Positions 1 to 13,200 of a stretch of DNA of 64,000 nt are shown in pieces. The translations under genes were made by a program, and so were the position numbers. This DNA is from Tubiluchus corallicola (Eukaryota; Animalia; Priapulida): positions 496,001-560,000 of the forward strand of contig JAQGDQ010000023.1 of the NCBI GenBank assembly GCA_030141605.1, given 5' to 3'. Every line of letters begins with the position of its first letter. The first letter of the stretch is position 1. The notes under the pieces were generated by a model. The model was not told where the DNA came from and did no database searches. It was given only the letters and a program-made list of their open reading frames with translations.

Positions 1-159
1 TAATTTGTCCTTAAAAGGCTTGTCGCCAACACAAGAATTGCTATATGAATATTGAATAATCCTATTTAGGCACTAAGTGAGCTGCTGAGCCAATGTCGCA
101 CTTTCTGTCTTTACCTAAATTTACTGTCACACGTGTTGGGCTGGTTCACAATACTTTAT

Positions 160-390
160 GTAACAAAGAAGCTTATTGGTTGCACTGTGGTATCATATGT
201 AACTGTCAAGGAACAAGAAAGCTCATTGGCTGCGCTACATTTTTTGATGTAAGGGTTAAGCAATAAAGAAGCTCTTTGGTTGTACTACATTTTCGGATGT
301 TTTTGTATTAAGGAACAAGGAAGCTTATTGGCTATATTACAGTTTCCACAAGTAATGGTTAAGGAAAAGACGCTCATTGGTTTTATTCGT
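160..390. repeat. Degenerate ~50-bp tandem repeat, about 5 copies, most with ATTGG
   Basis: Recurring aaagaagcttattggttgcact / aagaaagctcattggctgcgct / aaagaagctctttggttgtact / aaggaagcttattggctatatt / aaaagacgctcattggtt. Confidence 0.6.
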
Positions 391-963
391 TGCTTGTAGT
401 TTTGTAGCGAGTTAATTTTATTTTATTTGCTACTTTGTGTGGTTTATTTTATTTGGAAGTGTTGACTTTGAAATCATCAAATCTTTGCTTTATAATTTAT
501 AAAAGCTCACCCTGACTTACCTAAAGAGTTTTTGTAAGACTTTTTTGGTCGTTGCTGTGTGACGTGACTGAAATTTACCTTAAAAATAACATTGTGCCAT
601 CTAACCTAAAAGAGATTTAATCGCTGTTACATTAAGCGCACGATACTGCGCCTTCGGGTGTTATTGGAACACAGAGTATATGATACTGATATTAATAAAA
701 TACGATAGACTCCTTGAACATGTTGAATACAATCGAGTGTAAATCGTTTCAACTGCATTCTTCAAATATCTGAGCGCATTTATAGAATCGACTCTAAAGT
801 TGTAGATGACTTTATGGCTCAAGTAAGAAAAGATCAACATGGTCGTTGAGTAAAAGATCGTAAAATTTGACTATTAATTTTGTCAGCAATTGCGCTGCTG
901 CTGAAACAACTGCTTGCAGCTTTTTACGGCATGACTAAACTTAGATTTTCTCTTTTCTTTCAG

Positions 964-1880
964 GTTTACGACCAAACGGTGTTGAGAAGGAAGTGTGGGA
1001 GGAGACGAGGTTTTTTTTTAATGTGAATTTGGCTGATTATGAGAACATCATCAGTGCTAGACTGAACGTCTACAAAGCAGCTATCAGAGGCGTAAAGAAA
1101 CACAAGAAACAGCTTTTTCGAAAACTGACCTTAAACTTGTATCAAATAAGTCAAATGTCCGTTACGGGTGAAGACCCAGCAAGGATTAAACTAGACAGTA
1201 TATCAGTGAGCTTACTAAACAATGGCTGGGAATCGTTTAATGTTAAACGTGCTGTTGAACAGTGGGTTGCAAACAACAGCACCAATCATGGTCTAGAATT
1301 GACTTGTGAAGATGAACTGCTTTGCAGTCACCTATATATTATAAATGGATATCAGAAAACTCATAATAAACTGTTAAATGCACTTTTGTCCGAGGAGTTT
1401 CGACCCTCGCTGAATGTCGTTACAGAAGAGGTAACGCCGCCTAGTGTTGCGCGTGTGAAACGTGCAGCCAAGAAGTTGAAACGGAAAAAAAAGTCGAAAA
1501 AAATCGAGAGAACGTCGAAAAACTGTAAATATTTGAATAAAAAAGGAAAGACGAAATTGAGCAAGCGCTGCTGTCGGCAGGATATGGTGGTGAATTTTGA
1601 AAAGATTGGATTCCATTGGATTGTTGCTCCATCGGAGATCAATCTTCATGTCTGCAAGGGTAAATGCAAAAAGAAACGGTCAGGTGAATTGCATAAACCT
1701 GCTGGCTTACACGCTATGATACAACTGATTATGCACGAAAAAGATCCCAAGAAAGTGCCCCGTCCTTGTTGCACAGCCATCAAATATAAACCTTTAACTC
1801 TTTTTCACTGGGACAACCAAAAAACAATTAGCAGCGCAGAACAGTCAGATATGATAGTCGAAGACTGCGCATGCTCCTAG
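964..1880 (+). CDS. mav: Terminal coding exon of a TGF-beta superfamily ligand, Maverick-like (5' exons lie before the window or were not found)
   Basis: Acceptor ttttctcttttctttcag ends at 963 and the frame is open to TAG 1878-1880. Prodomain motifs (SARLNVYK, GWESFNV..AV..W, NHGL), furin site RVKR (1452-1463), 9-Cys mature domain C..CC..CKGKC..PCC..CACS. The ends VPRPCC and SDMIVEDCACS resemble Maverick. Family is certain, orthologue less so. Confidence 0.85.
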
Positions 1881-4714
1881 CAGTTTGTTTTTCTCACGTC
1901 CTAAATTTCTTAAATTTCTCATTTTTATTGCTGGATTGTGTTCATTTTTGTTAAATAGTGAGTAACTACTCAGGAATTCTTTCAAACAGTAACTCGTCTT
2001 TTCTTCTAGCGCAAGAATGCAATTAACACAGCAGCTAGAGCAGTTAGAATGCAGCCTGTTTCATGAACTTTTATTTAACACATTTCTAGTCTAAATTAAA
2101 TTCTTTTTGTTTTAAATATGAACAATAATTCTGCATTTTGCACAATTTTTTGTCGAATGGCCAAGTGGATAAGGACAAGTGAGATGGACATTTTTAAATT
2201 CACTAAATATTTTGTCTTTTGTTTTCGATTATTTGAAATTTTCCGTGCGATGATCAAGTCCTTGTCGCGCCATGTCCAACACTGCCTTAGAAATGTTTCT
2301 ATACAAAATAGCGCAAATAAAATTATGGATCATTCATCTTATTCCTTGAGACCTGGTAATTTTAACTATATGTTTAACGTTTAATATGTGTATTGTCATA
2401 CACACACATACACGCACGCACGCACGCACGCACGTACGCCCCCCACACACACTACAGTACTTACAGTAAGCAGTAAGTAAACACAATTAGGAAGCCAAAA
2501 AACTGTACCCTTGGGTCTCGAACATGGATCTTTTGCACGCCATGAGTTGAAAGATATGAATTATATGTTTATTACTGCTTTCCTAAGCGTAGTAATTAAC
2601 ATCACGACACTTGATGTTTGGTTTGCGTTTTTTTAATTCTAATTTATATCGGGTAGTCTGTAAGCTGTTTTCTAGCTACGTAATCGTGAAATACAACTTC
2701 ACAATTTATTACGTTGGCCCTTGACACCTACAACTCGAACTCTTAGCTGAATGTTGTTAATGTGCTAATGTATTTACATAATAATTTTTGAAAAATTATT
2801 GAAATAATTCGAGGTAGGCCTCGATGCGTACAACTAACAAATTTTTCACAATAATAGTTTCGCAAGCTTAAATTACAAAATTGCCCTTTATTTCCCCATT
2901 CCTTATTTATTGATATAATACTGTACTAAATTATATTTTATTTATTAGCTTAAATTATGGTTAGGTAAATCTCTAGTACCGAAAACAGTACTATCAGAAG
3001 TACTAGTGGTAATAGTTTTAAAAACCATATTGTAAATAGGAAAGTAGGCCTACGAAAATGTAAATACGAACACATTTGTATATAGCTTCAATCGACTTAA
3101 TGCTACTTTTACATGAGTAATAAAAGCTGAGTGATAAAAATTGTAATATATCCTGGTAGATTTAGACGTCCTTCACAACTTAACAAATGTCGCGTTCACA
3201 TTTTCGCAGTAAAAAAACTTGATGAAAAGTGTGAACGATGCCATATCTCAGCAAATATAGTTAACGTAGTTTTTCTCCATACACCATGAATATTTCCTTG
3301 CTTTTCTAATACAGTTTGTATACAAACTTGTTGCTTCACGCCCAAATTGTTAAAATTTTGTTAATGTTTTTATAGCTATGATTTGTGATATTTATTGCCT
3401 GTGACCTAAATTGTTACAATAATCACCCGTAATTAGAAATTAATTTTTAGTTTTTTCTATTGAAATGTATTGTTGTAGATATACTATTGTATACTGTAGA
3501 TAAAAGATGTATTTTTTAATTAAATAATGAATTAATCAATTAAGTAATTAAATATGAGGAATATTTATAGTAACTATGTATTATGTAAAATACGCAGCAG
3601 AAATATTTTATGTAAATTAGTAGTTACATTTAGAAAATTATGCTTCTAAATTGTATACAGAGAGTTTAATTGCATTGTTGGATTGAATGACGTAAAAATT
3701 TCTTGTGTAATAACGAACACCTAGTCAATTTGACTACAATTGTACTTTGAAATATTAACAAAAACTTATTAGCAAAAATGAGAAAGTAAGATGTGCATTG
3801 TGATTTTTAAGTGATCTTAATGTCATGATAAAGGTATAAGGTTCGCTCCATACGCCTATAGCTATACTATTATCGCGCAAGTGCAATGTACAGTACATTA
3901 ATAATTGGAGACCTACAAAAAATCTTTGTACGATGTGCATATTTTTGAAATAAAACTTTTCGCCTCGACGTACAATTTGTAAAACCTTCTATACCGATGT
4001 AAATATGATCTTAGTGTAAATACGTTGAACCGTTGCGTTGTTATTTTTACCTTAACATTAATAAACTGAAAAAAACATTTCTATTCTTGTTTTGTTTTAA
4101 ATTGTGTTTAGTTTATTTTAATTACGTTATTCTAAAGATAGAGCACACGCGAATTAAATTTTTAATTTGAGGTTTTATTGGTCTTATATTCAAAGAAAAC
4201 AGGTCTAAATTTGTTTTGTTTTGTTCCGCGATTAAAACATTTGTTTTCTGTGACGAACTTTGGTGAACTTAAAATTCTTAAAGTTTCTCTTCGTCGTTTT
4301 GTGTTTCGTTATTTGCTCCAATTTTTTGAGCAAGCGGTAATAGATACAACGCTTTGTTTTTGCAGTATCATCTGTATGTTTTTTGAAAGTGGTTTGTTAC
4401 ATCCGTGTGTAGCACAAATAACAAGGAACAATGATTCTAGAAAAGCATCAAAATCTCTAACATATTCTGCACTAGTGTTGCTTTAGTTTTTTCACTCACT
4501 CACTCACTAACTCATTCACTCTTGCAATTGTTTTTCTTTTTCCAATAAAATGCGTAAATTATTAATACTTTGTAAGGAATATAGCTGATATATTATTCTT
4601 AAGGGATAAAAAAATCAAATACAGCATTATATTTCATCTCATATTACTAAACCTTTTACAAATTGCCGTTCGTTTCTTCATAAGCTTGTTCCAACAGGCG
4701 GACAGATGGACGGA

Positions 4715-4845
4715 GAGAAAGGCAGTCAGTCAGGTAGGCAGACAGACAGACAAACGATCAGACTGGCTGATTGACTGACTGACAGACTGATCGACCGACT
4801 CACTGGCTAACTGACTGACTGACTGACTGGCCAATTAACTAATCG
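4715..4845. repeat. Tetranucleotide microsatellite mix (GACA/GACT)n
   Basis: cagacagaca..., gactgactgactg runs. Confidence 0.8.
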
Positions 4846-7632
4846 GGAAACAGAAAAATAGACAAATTGACAAATAATCAAAAACAAACTTGTTACATTC
4901 ACTCAAATAAAGAAATGATAATCGTTTTAATATTTGCTATATTTTGAGCAAATTGCATGCTGCGTTATGCTGTGAATCCACAATGCTATATAGGCCTACG
5001 TATTTATCTGAGCATTGACATGGTTGTTATCAACATTTGACGTTGAGCCAAATTCCTGGCTATATTTGAAGATTTTTAGGGGCGCCAAGAGGTGCTCCAT
5101 TCTCGAGTTTCTTGATCTTTCGTGTTAGTGTGTAGTATGCAGGTACTTCGGTAATTTGTACACAGAACAATTGATGAAATTGCCATCTATGATATTTGTA
5201 CGGAAGCGGTGTTTCTACACATCTAGCCGTGCTTTGTGCTATTTCCCCAGGTACATGACGCGATAGCTAGTTTTATCCACCGAAATATAAGCATAGTTTT
5301 AACTCATAAACATCACGTTAGTATTTGCACGAGGATTAAACAGACATTCCATTGAGTGTCAAGTGACGAAATACGTTGTACGAATAGATGATAATATTGT
5401 CATTGATCTTACAGTGTACGTTAGAAGATTACAAAACGAATGTTAAGGGAACAAGTACTACCGTCAAGATTTACAAGTAAAATTTTGCTAAAGAAGCATC
5501 ATTATTTCCAGTTTTTGAATTCAGCTTAGTCGGCAACTGTTTGGATTCTCTACCATCCTAAGGCTTCTAATTATACAACTCCAAATAAATTTATAGTTGA
5601 TTAGTTAACAGAGATTCAGTGTTAATTCGTGTAACATGCAAAGATTTTTTGCTTCAATATTTCTATTTTTATTTCAAATTATTAGCAGACGGAGAAAGAG
5701 AAGCAGTGTTAATGAAATATGCAAAAATTTGAACTGCAAATTTTCGATTTATATTTTAAATCATCGTCAGATAGCTTGTCATTCTTTACCTTTTGGTGAG
5801 TTAAAATTGAAATGCAAAATTTGCAACTCAGATTTTTAAATTTTTCGTTGGCATTTCTTCTCATTTATTTGCCTGATAATAGTTTGAAATACCATTAAAT
5901 TGAAAATCTGTAACTTAAATATTTGCATTTTTCATTAACAATGATTCTCAGCCTTTGCTCGTACAGGGTTTGAAATACACAAGCCAAAAATTCCATTATT
6001 TGTTTAATAATGAGTTGAAACAAAATAGAAAATTAGCAGCTAAATCTTTGCAATTTGGACTAAAATGTCTGTAACATTTTGCCTAGGTTCTTCTGACTAC
6101 CTTTAGCAGTGTAAGTTTTTATTAACTAACACTGATTGACCATCTCTGTAAAGTCTTTCTTCAGTGATTATCAATGTATTTTAATGGCAAATAAAGGTTC
6201 ATATATATATATATATACAAATTAATAACAAACAACAATGTAATCAAATTGTTTTATGTGGGCGTTTTTCTTTTCGATAATTATGTTGCCGTTTCCTCCA
6301 CGCTTCAAAGCAGTCAGTATTTGTGTTTTTCATTAAGACTGCTTCTCATTTTTAGCTTAATGATGAGTTAAAATACAAATCGAAAATTTGCAGCTGAAAT
6401 CTCCGCATTTTTCATTAGAGCTTGAGTTTAATACTCAAGAAAAAAGTAATCGTTTTTTACTTTATGAGTGCACCTGCAACGGTAGTTTGTCGCATTTGTT
6501 TTACTGTCCAATTTTTGTAATGTGCTGTAATCTTCCTTTAAATATCACAAATAAAGAAGGTACGAATACTCAGGTGTCTGTAAGTAAATGACGTGTTTGT
6601 GTTTGAGTTTAAACTTCATCGTATTATTCCTTTATACTATTATTCTTATTGTTATTGTTTTTGTTGTTGTAGTTTGTTTGTAGACCTTAGAACCTATTCG
6701 ACAACGATTAGCTATAATACCGTTGCGTAAAAGATTATGTGAAACATAACAGTAATTTTTGCTTACATCAAAACCGCACCTAATCTTAAACTGTAGGTCA
6801 AAACAACATACTCTTTAAAATATTGAAAGGGAATACACCATTTCTTCAAAAATGTCTTACGTGAAAAAATTATTACCACACAAACACAATTTCACGTTCG
6901 TGCCACTAGTTCTTCGCTGTTACATGCATTTCGCCATTCGCACTAGTTAGACGGGCACTATCGCCTGCATTTCGGAAACGCATTATACAAAAACGGTACT
7001 GTACCTCTCAGTTCAGCTGTGTTAGCTTCTGACGAACTACGCACGTTCGACAGCTCATGCGCGAGCACAGCGGTAAATTTGAAATTTGAATTTTTTTCTT
7101 AAAACATGACTAGTTTTAGTACAACACACTGAATATCTTACTGTAACATTGTACTTCATCTTTCGCTTTCGCAAATACGTGCAACACGCTCGTAGAATAT
7201 TTTTGCTGTTGAAAATTATGTTAGTTTGTGATGTCATCAATAGTTGGGCTCGCTCGCCGTTAATTAAGTTTTTAGTCTAATATTTAATTATCAGAAACGC
7301 TTTTTTTGCAATATTAATCGTGTTAAATGTATACTTGTATACTTTTTATCGGACTTGAAAATGGGGTAATATATGAAAAATCATCCTGTCTTCCTCTAAC
7401 GCAATGCGTACAAAACAAGTTGTAATAACTTATCTCTAGTCTTTACTGACGTATCTGTACGTTGGAAAGTCTATTCACACTGCGGGTGTTCATTCATTCT
7501 ACATGTCTGATTTGCTGAGTTCTCCCACTCACACTGATGATATTCACCCAATTTACATGAACCTGCAAGCCAATTTATGATAAAGACGGCTTATTCAGAT
7601 GATAAGCTTAATTCTGTTGTATTCTGAGATGG

Positions 7633-7763
7633 TTCATCCAAATAGTTCAATTCAGGTAATTCCTTTCTCCCCACAAAGCAAATAATTTATTTTATGTAAA
7701 TATTGCGAAAACGCCTTTTACTGCAATGCGGGGGAGACTACCTAAGTGAACTATTTGGATGAA
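7633..7763. repeat. Inverted repeat / small fold-back element
   Basis: ttcatccaaatagttca (from 7633) is the reverse complement of tgaactatttggatgaa (ending 7763); weaker pairing continues inward. Confidence 0.7.
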
Positions 7764-9611
7764 ACGGCAGAAGTATTGCTCAATGACAAAAAATGTCCTA
7801 CTGGCACGCAACCATTTACCAACGAGATTCTGCACTGCTTAACCACCATAGCCACGAGCATTCAGCTGTTTACCCGCAACCTCGTGTTTTTTGACAGTAA
7901 TATCTTTACTTTAACCCATTTAGTAGATTGCAAATTCGTGCTTTCTAACTACAGTCCCTTTTTTGAGTGATGTAGTTTTTAGCATTTTTCATTGAGCTGC
8001 TTCTATGTGTGGTTATTTACCATCATAACGTTTTTGTTATGATTATGATCTTGTATTGATCGCGCTCTATTTTTTTTTACTTTTCCAGTGTGAAAGTGAC
8101 TGATTCCATTGTTTGCTATTGGACTTAGTTGGCTTAATCTGTTGTGCTAGTTTTTTCTTCGAAGTATTTATTAAAAGGAACAGTTTTTGACTCCTTCTAG
8201 AATTAAAACTGGACGCTGCGATCAGCCTTTATGGAAAATGTATGCGGTCTCATGTTGGAAGATTAATCTTGATAAATTATATCCTAGATGCTTATTTGCA
8301 GTAGTATCATTACCAGGACTGTTACAGGTCGTAACTGTCATTACTGTCACGAGCTACTTCAAAGGTGGCATGGAGGTCAGCTATCTCACTACCAACAGGA
8401 TTACAACTGTTACCATCAGTGCATGAAGCCAGCAAGCACTACAAATTGCATCGCAATGCTGCAACTGCTACTGCTACCACCACCGTCACCACTTCATCCA
8501 GCATAGCCACTTCAAACGCCACTCAATTTTTATTACATACATGCACAATTATCGCCAATATCGTTGTCGCCAATATCATCATTAACAGTCACCATCCGCT
8601 ATACTATTATCATATACAGTCAATTTACAATTATCATTAGCACTATCATCAACATGGTCGCCATTGTTTGTTATGGCTATCATCATCATTAACAATGCAG
8701 CAATTACTACTGTCTGGTGCTAACATCATCATTTTCAACAGCATTACCGTTGCTTCCATCATCATCCTTACCACTGTGATCACTGCCGACAATCCACTGC
8801 TCTGCTGCAGTAATTGTCGCTATAGCATGCCACCACCGTCATCTCTACCATGTTCGCATACGTTTGCTAGCTAATGTAAAAATGCCGAACGTTGCTCACT
8901 GGAAGCCACATTCCCGTGTCAAATAGAATTTAAGATTGACTTTTAACGGTCAACAACAAGTAGAAGTTTTATTAGGGCCTACATAACTTTGTGTCATGTG
9001 ATAAATTACGCAACAATTACCCGTATACATTCCATGCATATTTTGCTCAACGGAAGCTGAACCACTGAAGCCAGTTTAAAGGCGGACGTACACAAGGGTT
9101 TCTATTTGACAGTTAATGGTGAAAAAGTGTAAACTAGGGCTAATGAGCGTTATACAAATGGAAATGTCTCTAATCCTATTGGTTACTTGGGCTTGCTACA
9201 AAATAATGTGTCAACGCACGATTTTATTTAGTTAGTGTTTTCAAATTCCATGGAGAAGTAGTGAGCTTGAAGGGATTCACATTGATCGGGAATGCTAATA
9301 GACGTACTAGGTACCAGCAAACGTTTGTCATAGTAAATATGTAGTTTATCAGCGGAAACCCATAGATACAGGTAAACACAGTGCCAAAACAAGCAATCTA
9401 GATATAGAGATGAGTCAGGTATAAATGGTTCGATCAGACTGCGCATCTGGGTGGCTACGCAGTCAATCATTACTGATGTTAAGATAATTAACAAAGCAGT
9501 ACAACTGATTGTATTTCTGAAGCCCAGAATCTTCGATCGAATTCCGTTTTCAATATAAACCAGTCGCCTCGTAAACCATTAAAAGCCAGTGAATCATGGA
9601 TAAATGCACTA

Positions 9612-9825
9612 ACGACCAACTGACCGACTGACCGACCGACCGACCGAACGAACGAACAAATGAACAAATGAATGAATAAGTAAATAAATAAATAAACACA
9701 TGAATAAAAATGAAGAAATATATCAATGAGTGAGTGAGTGGATGAACAAACGAATAAAGAAAAAATGAACGAATAAACAGACAAACGTAAGAATGAGTGA
9801 TTGCATGAATGAGTGAATGAATGCA
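9612..9825. repeat. Compound tetranucleotide microsatellite (GACC/GAAC/GAAT/AAAT/GAGT)
   Basis: Visible runs; explains spurious ORF 9488..9826. Confidence 0.8.
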
Positions 9826-10729
9826 AAACAGATCATAGACAGTTTGCTAAGAAAACATTATTAGTTTCTTAGATTTAATTATTTTATTTCACTTTTCATG
9901 CAATTGAGAATAATACAGTGTGGTACATAATCTTTTGGTAGGGAGGACAAAAACAACGAGTAATAGTAAAGAACAATTTATTACACCAAGCTAATTTAAC
10001 ATGCCTTCAGAATTTGGAGAATAAGCCCCCGCATCTCGCACAAATTTGCAGTCTGGGGGGAATGAAAAAAGCACTGATTGAAAACTCTAGGATTAATTTT
10101 TTTTTTATTGAACAGAATTTCCTGCTAATGCAACGGAGATGAATTTTGCCAAACACGCTGGAACTACCTGAAAAGACAGAGTGGGCACTTAGATGACAAA
10201 AATATGCGATTGATCAGTATTTAAAGGCCTATATAACCCCAGAAGATATTGAAGTTTTCTTAACACAATATTGTGAGTACACAAACAATTCATAGCTATT
10301 ATTAATGCGTTGTCTGGGTCACTTAACCTCAGACCTTTTCACAATCATCGTCAATCGCTGAAACTGTGAAAAGCCTTATTTCTTCGAGGGATTGTTTTCT
10401 CTCCACCAAAATCCGGTTGTTACATTGATAACACTCAAAGCTGCGCCATATTATAATCCTATCATGCGTAATCTGAGAACTGGACATCAGCTACCTCAAA
10501 CACGGTACCCTGAACCCAGGGCCTGTCATCCCTTGCACACACTCTAGCAAAGTTCGTCCAGGCTTTGGTAAGTCGTCATGTGACATTGCACATGCAGTTA
10601 TTCGTAACTACGCTAAAACAAACAGGTACAATGGCGTACAAAAATCACATCCAAACTCCACGCTGTGATGGTATAAACCCACAATTAAGTGAATTTTGAT
10701 ATCTACCTTGAAAAACAGAAAATGTGAAA

Positions 10730-10815
10730 AAGCTAGAATACACCCTGGATTTGAACCAGGGACATTCTGGTTACAAAGCAGACTCCTTACAATCGCTAGA
10801 CTCTAGACAGTACAA
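10730..10815 (-). mobile_element. tRNA-derived SINE head (degenerate)
   Basis: Minus strand tctagcgattgtaagg...ccctggttcaaatccagggtg gives a B-box GTTCAAATCC in a T-arm stem; no complete cloverleaf. Confidence 0.5.
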
Positions 10816-12399
10816 AATTCAACCCTTACAGCTAGCCAGTTAGTTCAGCACTACCTATGATCACACTATATCGCTCATGCTATAGCGATTCTAACGATCC
10901 CACAGTGAAAATGCCAAACTGGTTATTAGCTAATATGGGATCAACTTGGGAACACTGGCACTTGGAAAAGTACAGCATTCCATGTACTGAAGCCTACTTT
11001 GTGAGCAGGAGGTCCCTATACAAGTCCGGTCTCTGTTCCAGCTTTTCTATATTTCCTGTTTTTCAAATTTGGATTCAATTATCAATTAACTGTGAGTTTG
11101 TTTCGTCATTAGGAACAATAATTATATTAAGATTATGAATAATAAACTCCAGTCAAATAAAAAAAAAACAATGATATCAAGAATTGATTAAGAACTACAG
11201 TAAATAGGAAGCCAGTGTGATTCTTTCTTTTCGAATTTTTGTTTAGTTGGTGGGAAAGATGTGTACTTCTGTTAATTGCGTTGTTTTTGCAAATTTCTGC
11301 CCAGGTTTTGGGATTATTTGAAATTGATGGAGCTGTTAATGATTACAAGTTATGCATTTCTGAACATAATAAAAACTTTTGTGTAAAAACGTGGACTGTC
11401 ACGCACTTTCCATTGCGACTTTTCCGCCGAAGCTGGTAGCTAATTTTGGTTCTAAAATACGGACGAAAATAAATGAGTTTTTTAACAAAAAAGCAATCTA
11501 AACAAGTTTACGCTGCTGATTCACTTCGCTAGGAAGGCATTCTCGTAATAAATCTCGTATGTTTCTTGGTAATATTGAGAAAGTGACTTATTAAAAAGAC
11601 GTGTGAGTTTATATTAGCAATAGATGTTTGAGTATGAGTCACGTCAAAACTAAACAGGCGCAACATGTTTGACAACAAAGTTAAATACCAGAGCGTTCAT
11701 TTTGAGTGAATTTCATTCTATTTTAGTAAAGGTTAATTAACTAACTATTTTTCGAAAGTAACCTAAGCTATTTCTCAACTGTACAATCATTTTCTTGTTA
11801 TAACAAAAATGAAAAATCATCGACGAGTTTTGGCTTAATGAATTTGACTTTTAAAAGATCTTATAAAATTATTAGAAGGTCTTTTGGGCGTTACATAAAC
11901 TAGACTGGTTTATGGAAACAACATGATACATGAGATTCTGTTTTTGCGAGTTTAAAAAATAAACAGAAAAATATGTCAAATTCCTAACAGCTAATCTACA
12001 GAGCAATGTGGACTGTAATATTTAAGTCAAATGTGGCGCGTTAGTGAGAGTCGCAACATATTCGCCATTTGATAAGAAGTTTGCGGGTTCGCTTCTAAGC
12101 ATGTTAGATAACGTACGTGACTTGCTAAATTTTTGTTGCTTCGCTGTTAATAGTAAACAACTTAAGTCCTTTTCAAGTTTGTTTCATTTGCCTAACAAAT
12201 AAGTATAGATCAACAAAGATTGTGTAATCTTTCTTCAATGTATTCATGGAGCATTTAGATTTAGATTTTATTCGTATAAAGCTTTTAAAATAAAATAAAT
12301 CATCCTGGGATAACATATGTTCTTTATTTATGCCGAGGTCTCTGAAGCATTAATTAGTATTATTACTAATAATGTAACGTTTGCTTGATTGATAAAAAC

Positions 12400-13200
12400 A
12401 TGGATTTAAATTTAGAATAACAACGTTATGCAATTAAATTAATGGTCTAATGGGGTTCGTAGTATTATTTACTATAAGAGGCATTAATATCCAAGTGATG
12501 TCTTACAATGACATTAATGTAATGTGATGTGGCCCCGAAGGATCAATTCTTGGTCCATTGTTGTTTCTGGTGTTCATTAATGATATATCTGCAAACTTGG
12601 AAAATACTGTTCACCTGTTTGTAGATGATTCTAGCTTGCTTTATCTCACCAAGAATATTAACGTTGCAGTTGATAGTTTTAATCGTGACCTTACAAAAAT
12701 TCAAATTGTTCCAGGTGGGGAATGACAATGAATGTTCATAAAATTACAGTAGTTTTTTGCTTACGCAAATTAGTCACATCAAATCTTAGAGGTATATATT
12801 TTGGTAATGCTGATATAAAGCATTATTTTTAACTCGAAACTTACTTGGAACCATCATGTAAATTATGTAGAAAATAAAGCTAATAAAATGTTTATATTTT
12901 TACCCACTAAAATATAAACTATATACCTTTAACTTGGTTACTTTATATAAGGCATTTGTTAGACCTGTTATACAACGTATGGTATTGTAATTTGGTCAAA
13001 ATGCCCGACGACAAATTTCCGTAGAATTGAAAGAGTGCAATATCGAACTATGTTGTTAATGCCTGGAGCGATGAGGGGATCGAGGCTACAAAATCTTAAC
13101 TCTTTTCATGATTTGCCACCATTCAAACTTCAAACCATTGGAATAATCCAAAAATATATTACAATCAGGCTCCTCAGTATTTGACTGAAATATTAAATGA
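12400..13200 (+). mobile_element. Decayed non-LTR retrotransposon RT fragment (CR1/L2/Jockey group)
   Basis: Translates through frameshifts to GSILGPLLFLVFINDI, HLFVDDSS, LTWNHHVNYVENKANKM, AFVRPVI, IERVQYRT. Confidence 0.85.

Noticed and set aside
10730-10815. Functional tRNA gene (similar heads near 2500, 12030, 28200, 33800)
   Set aside because: Only a B-box/T-arm is recognisable; acceptor and D stems do not form, so SINE relics.
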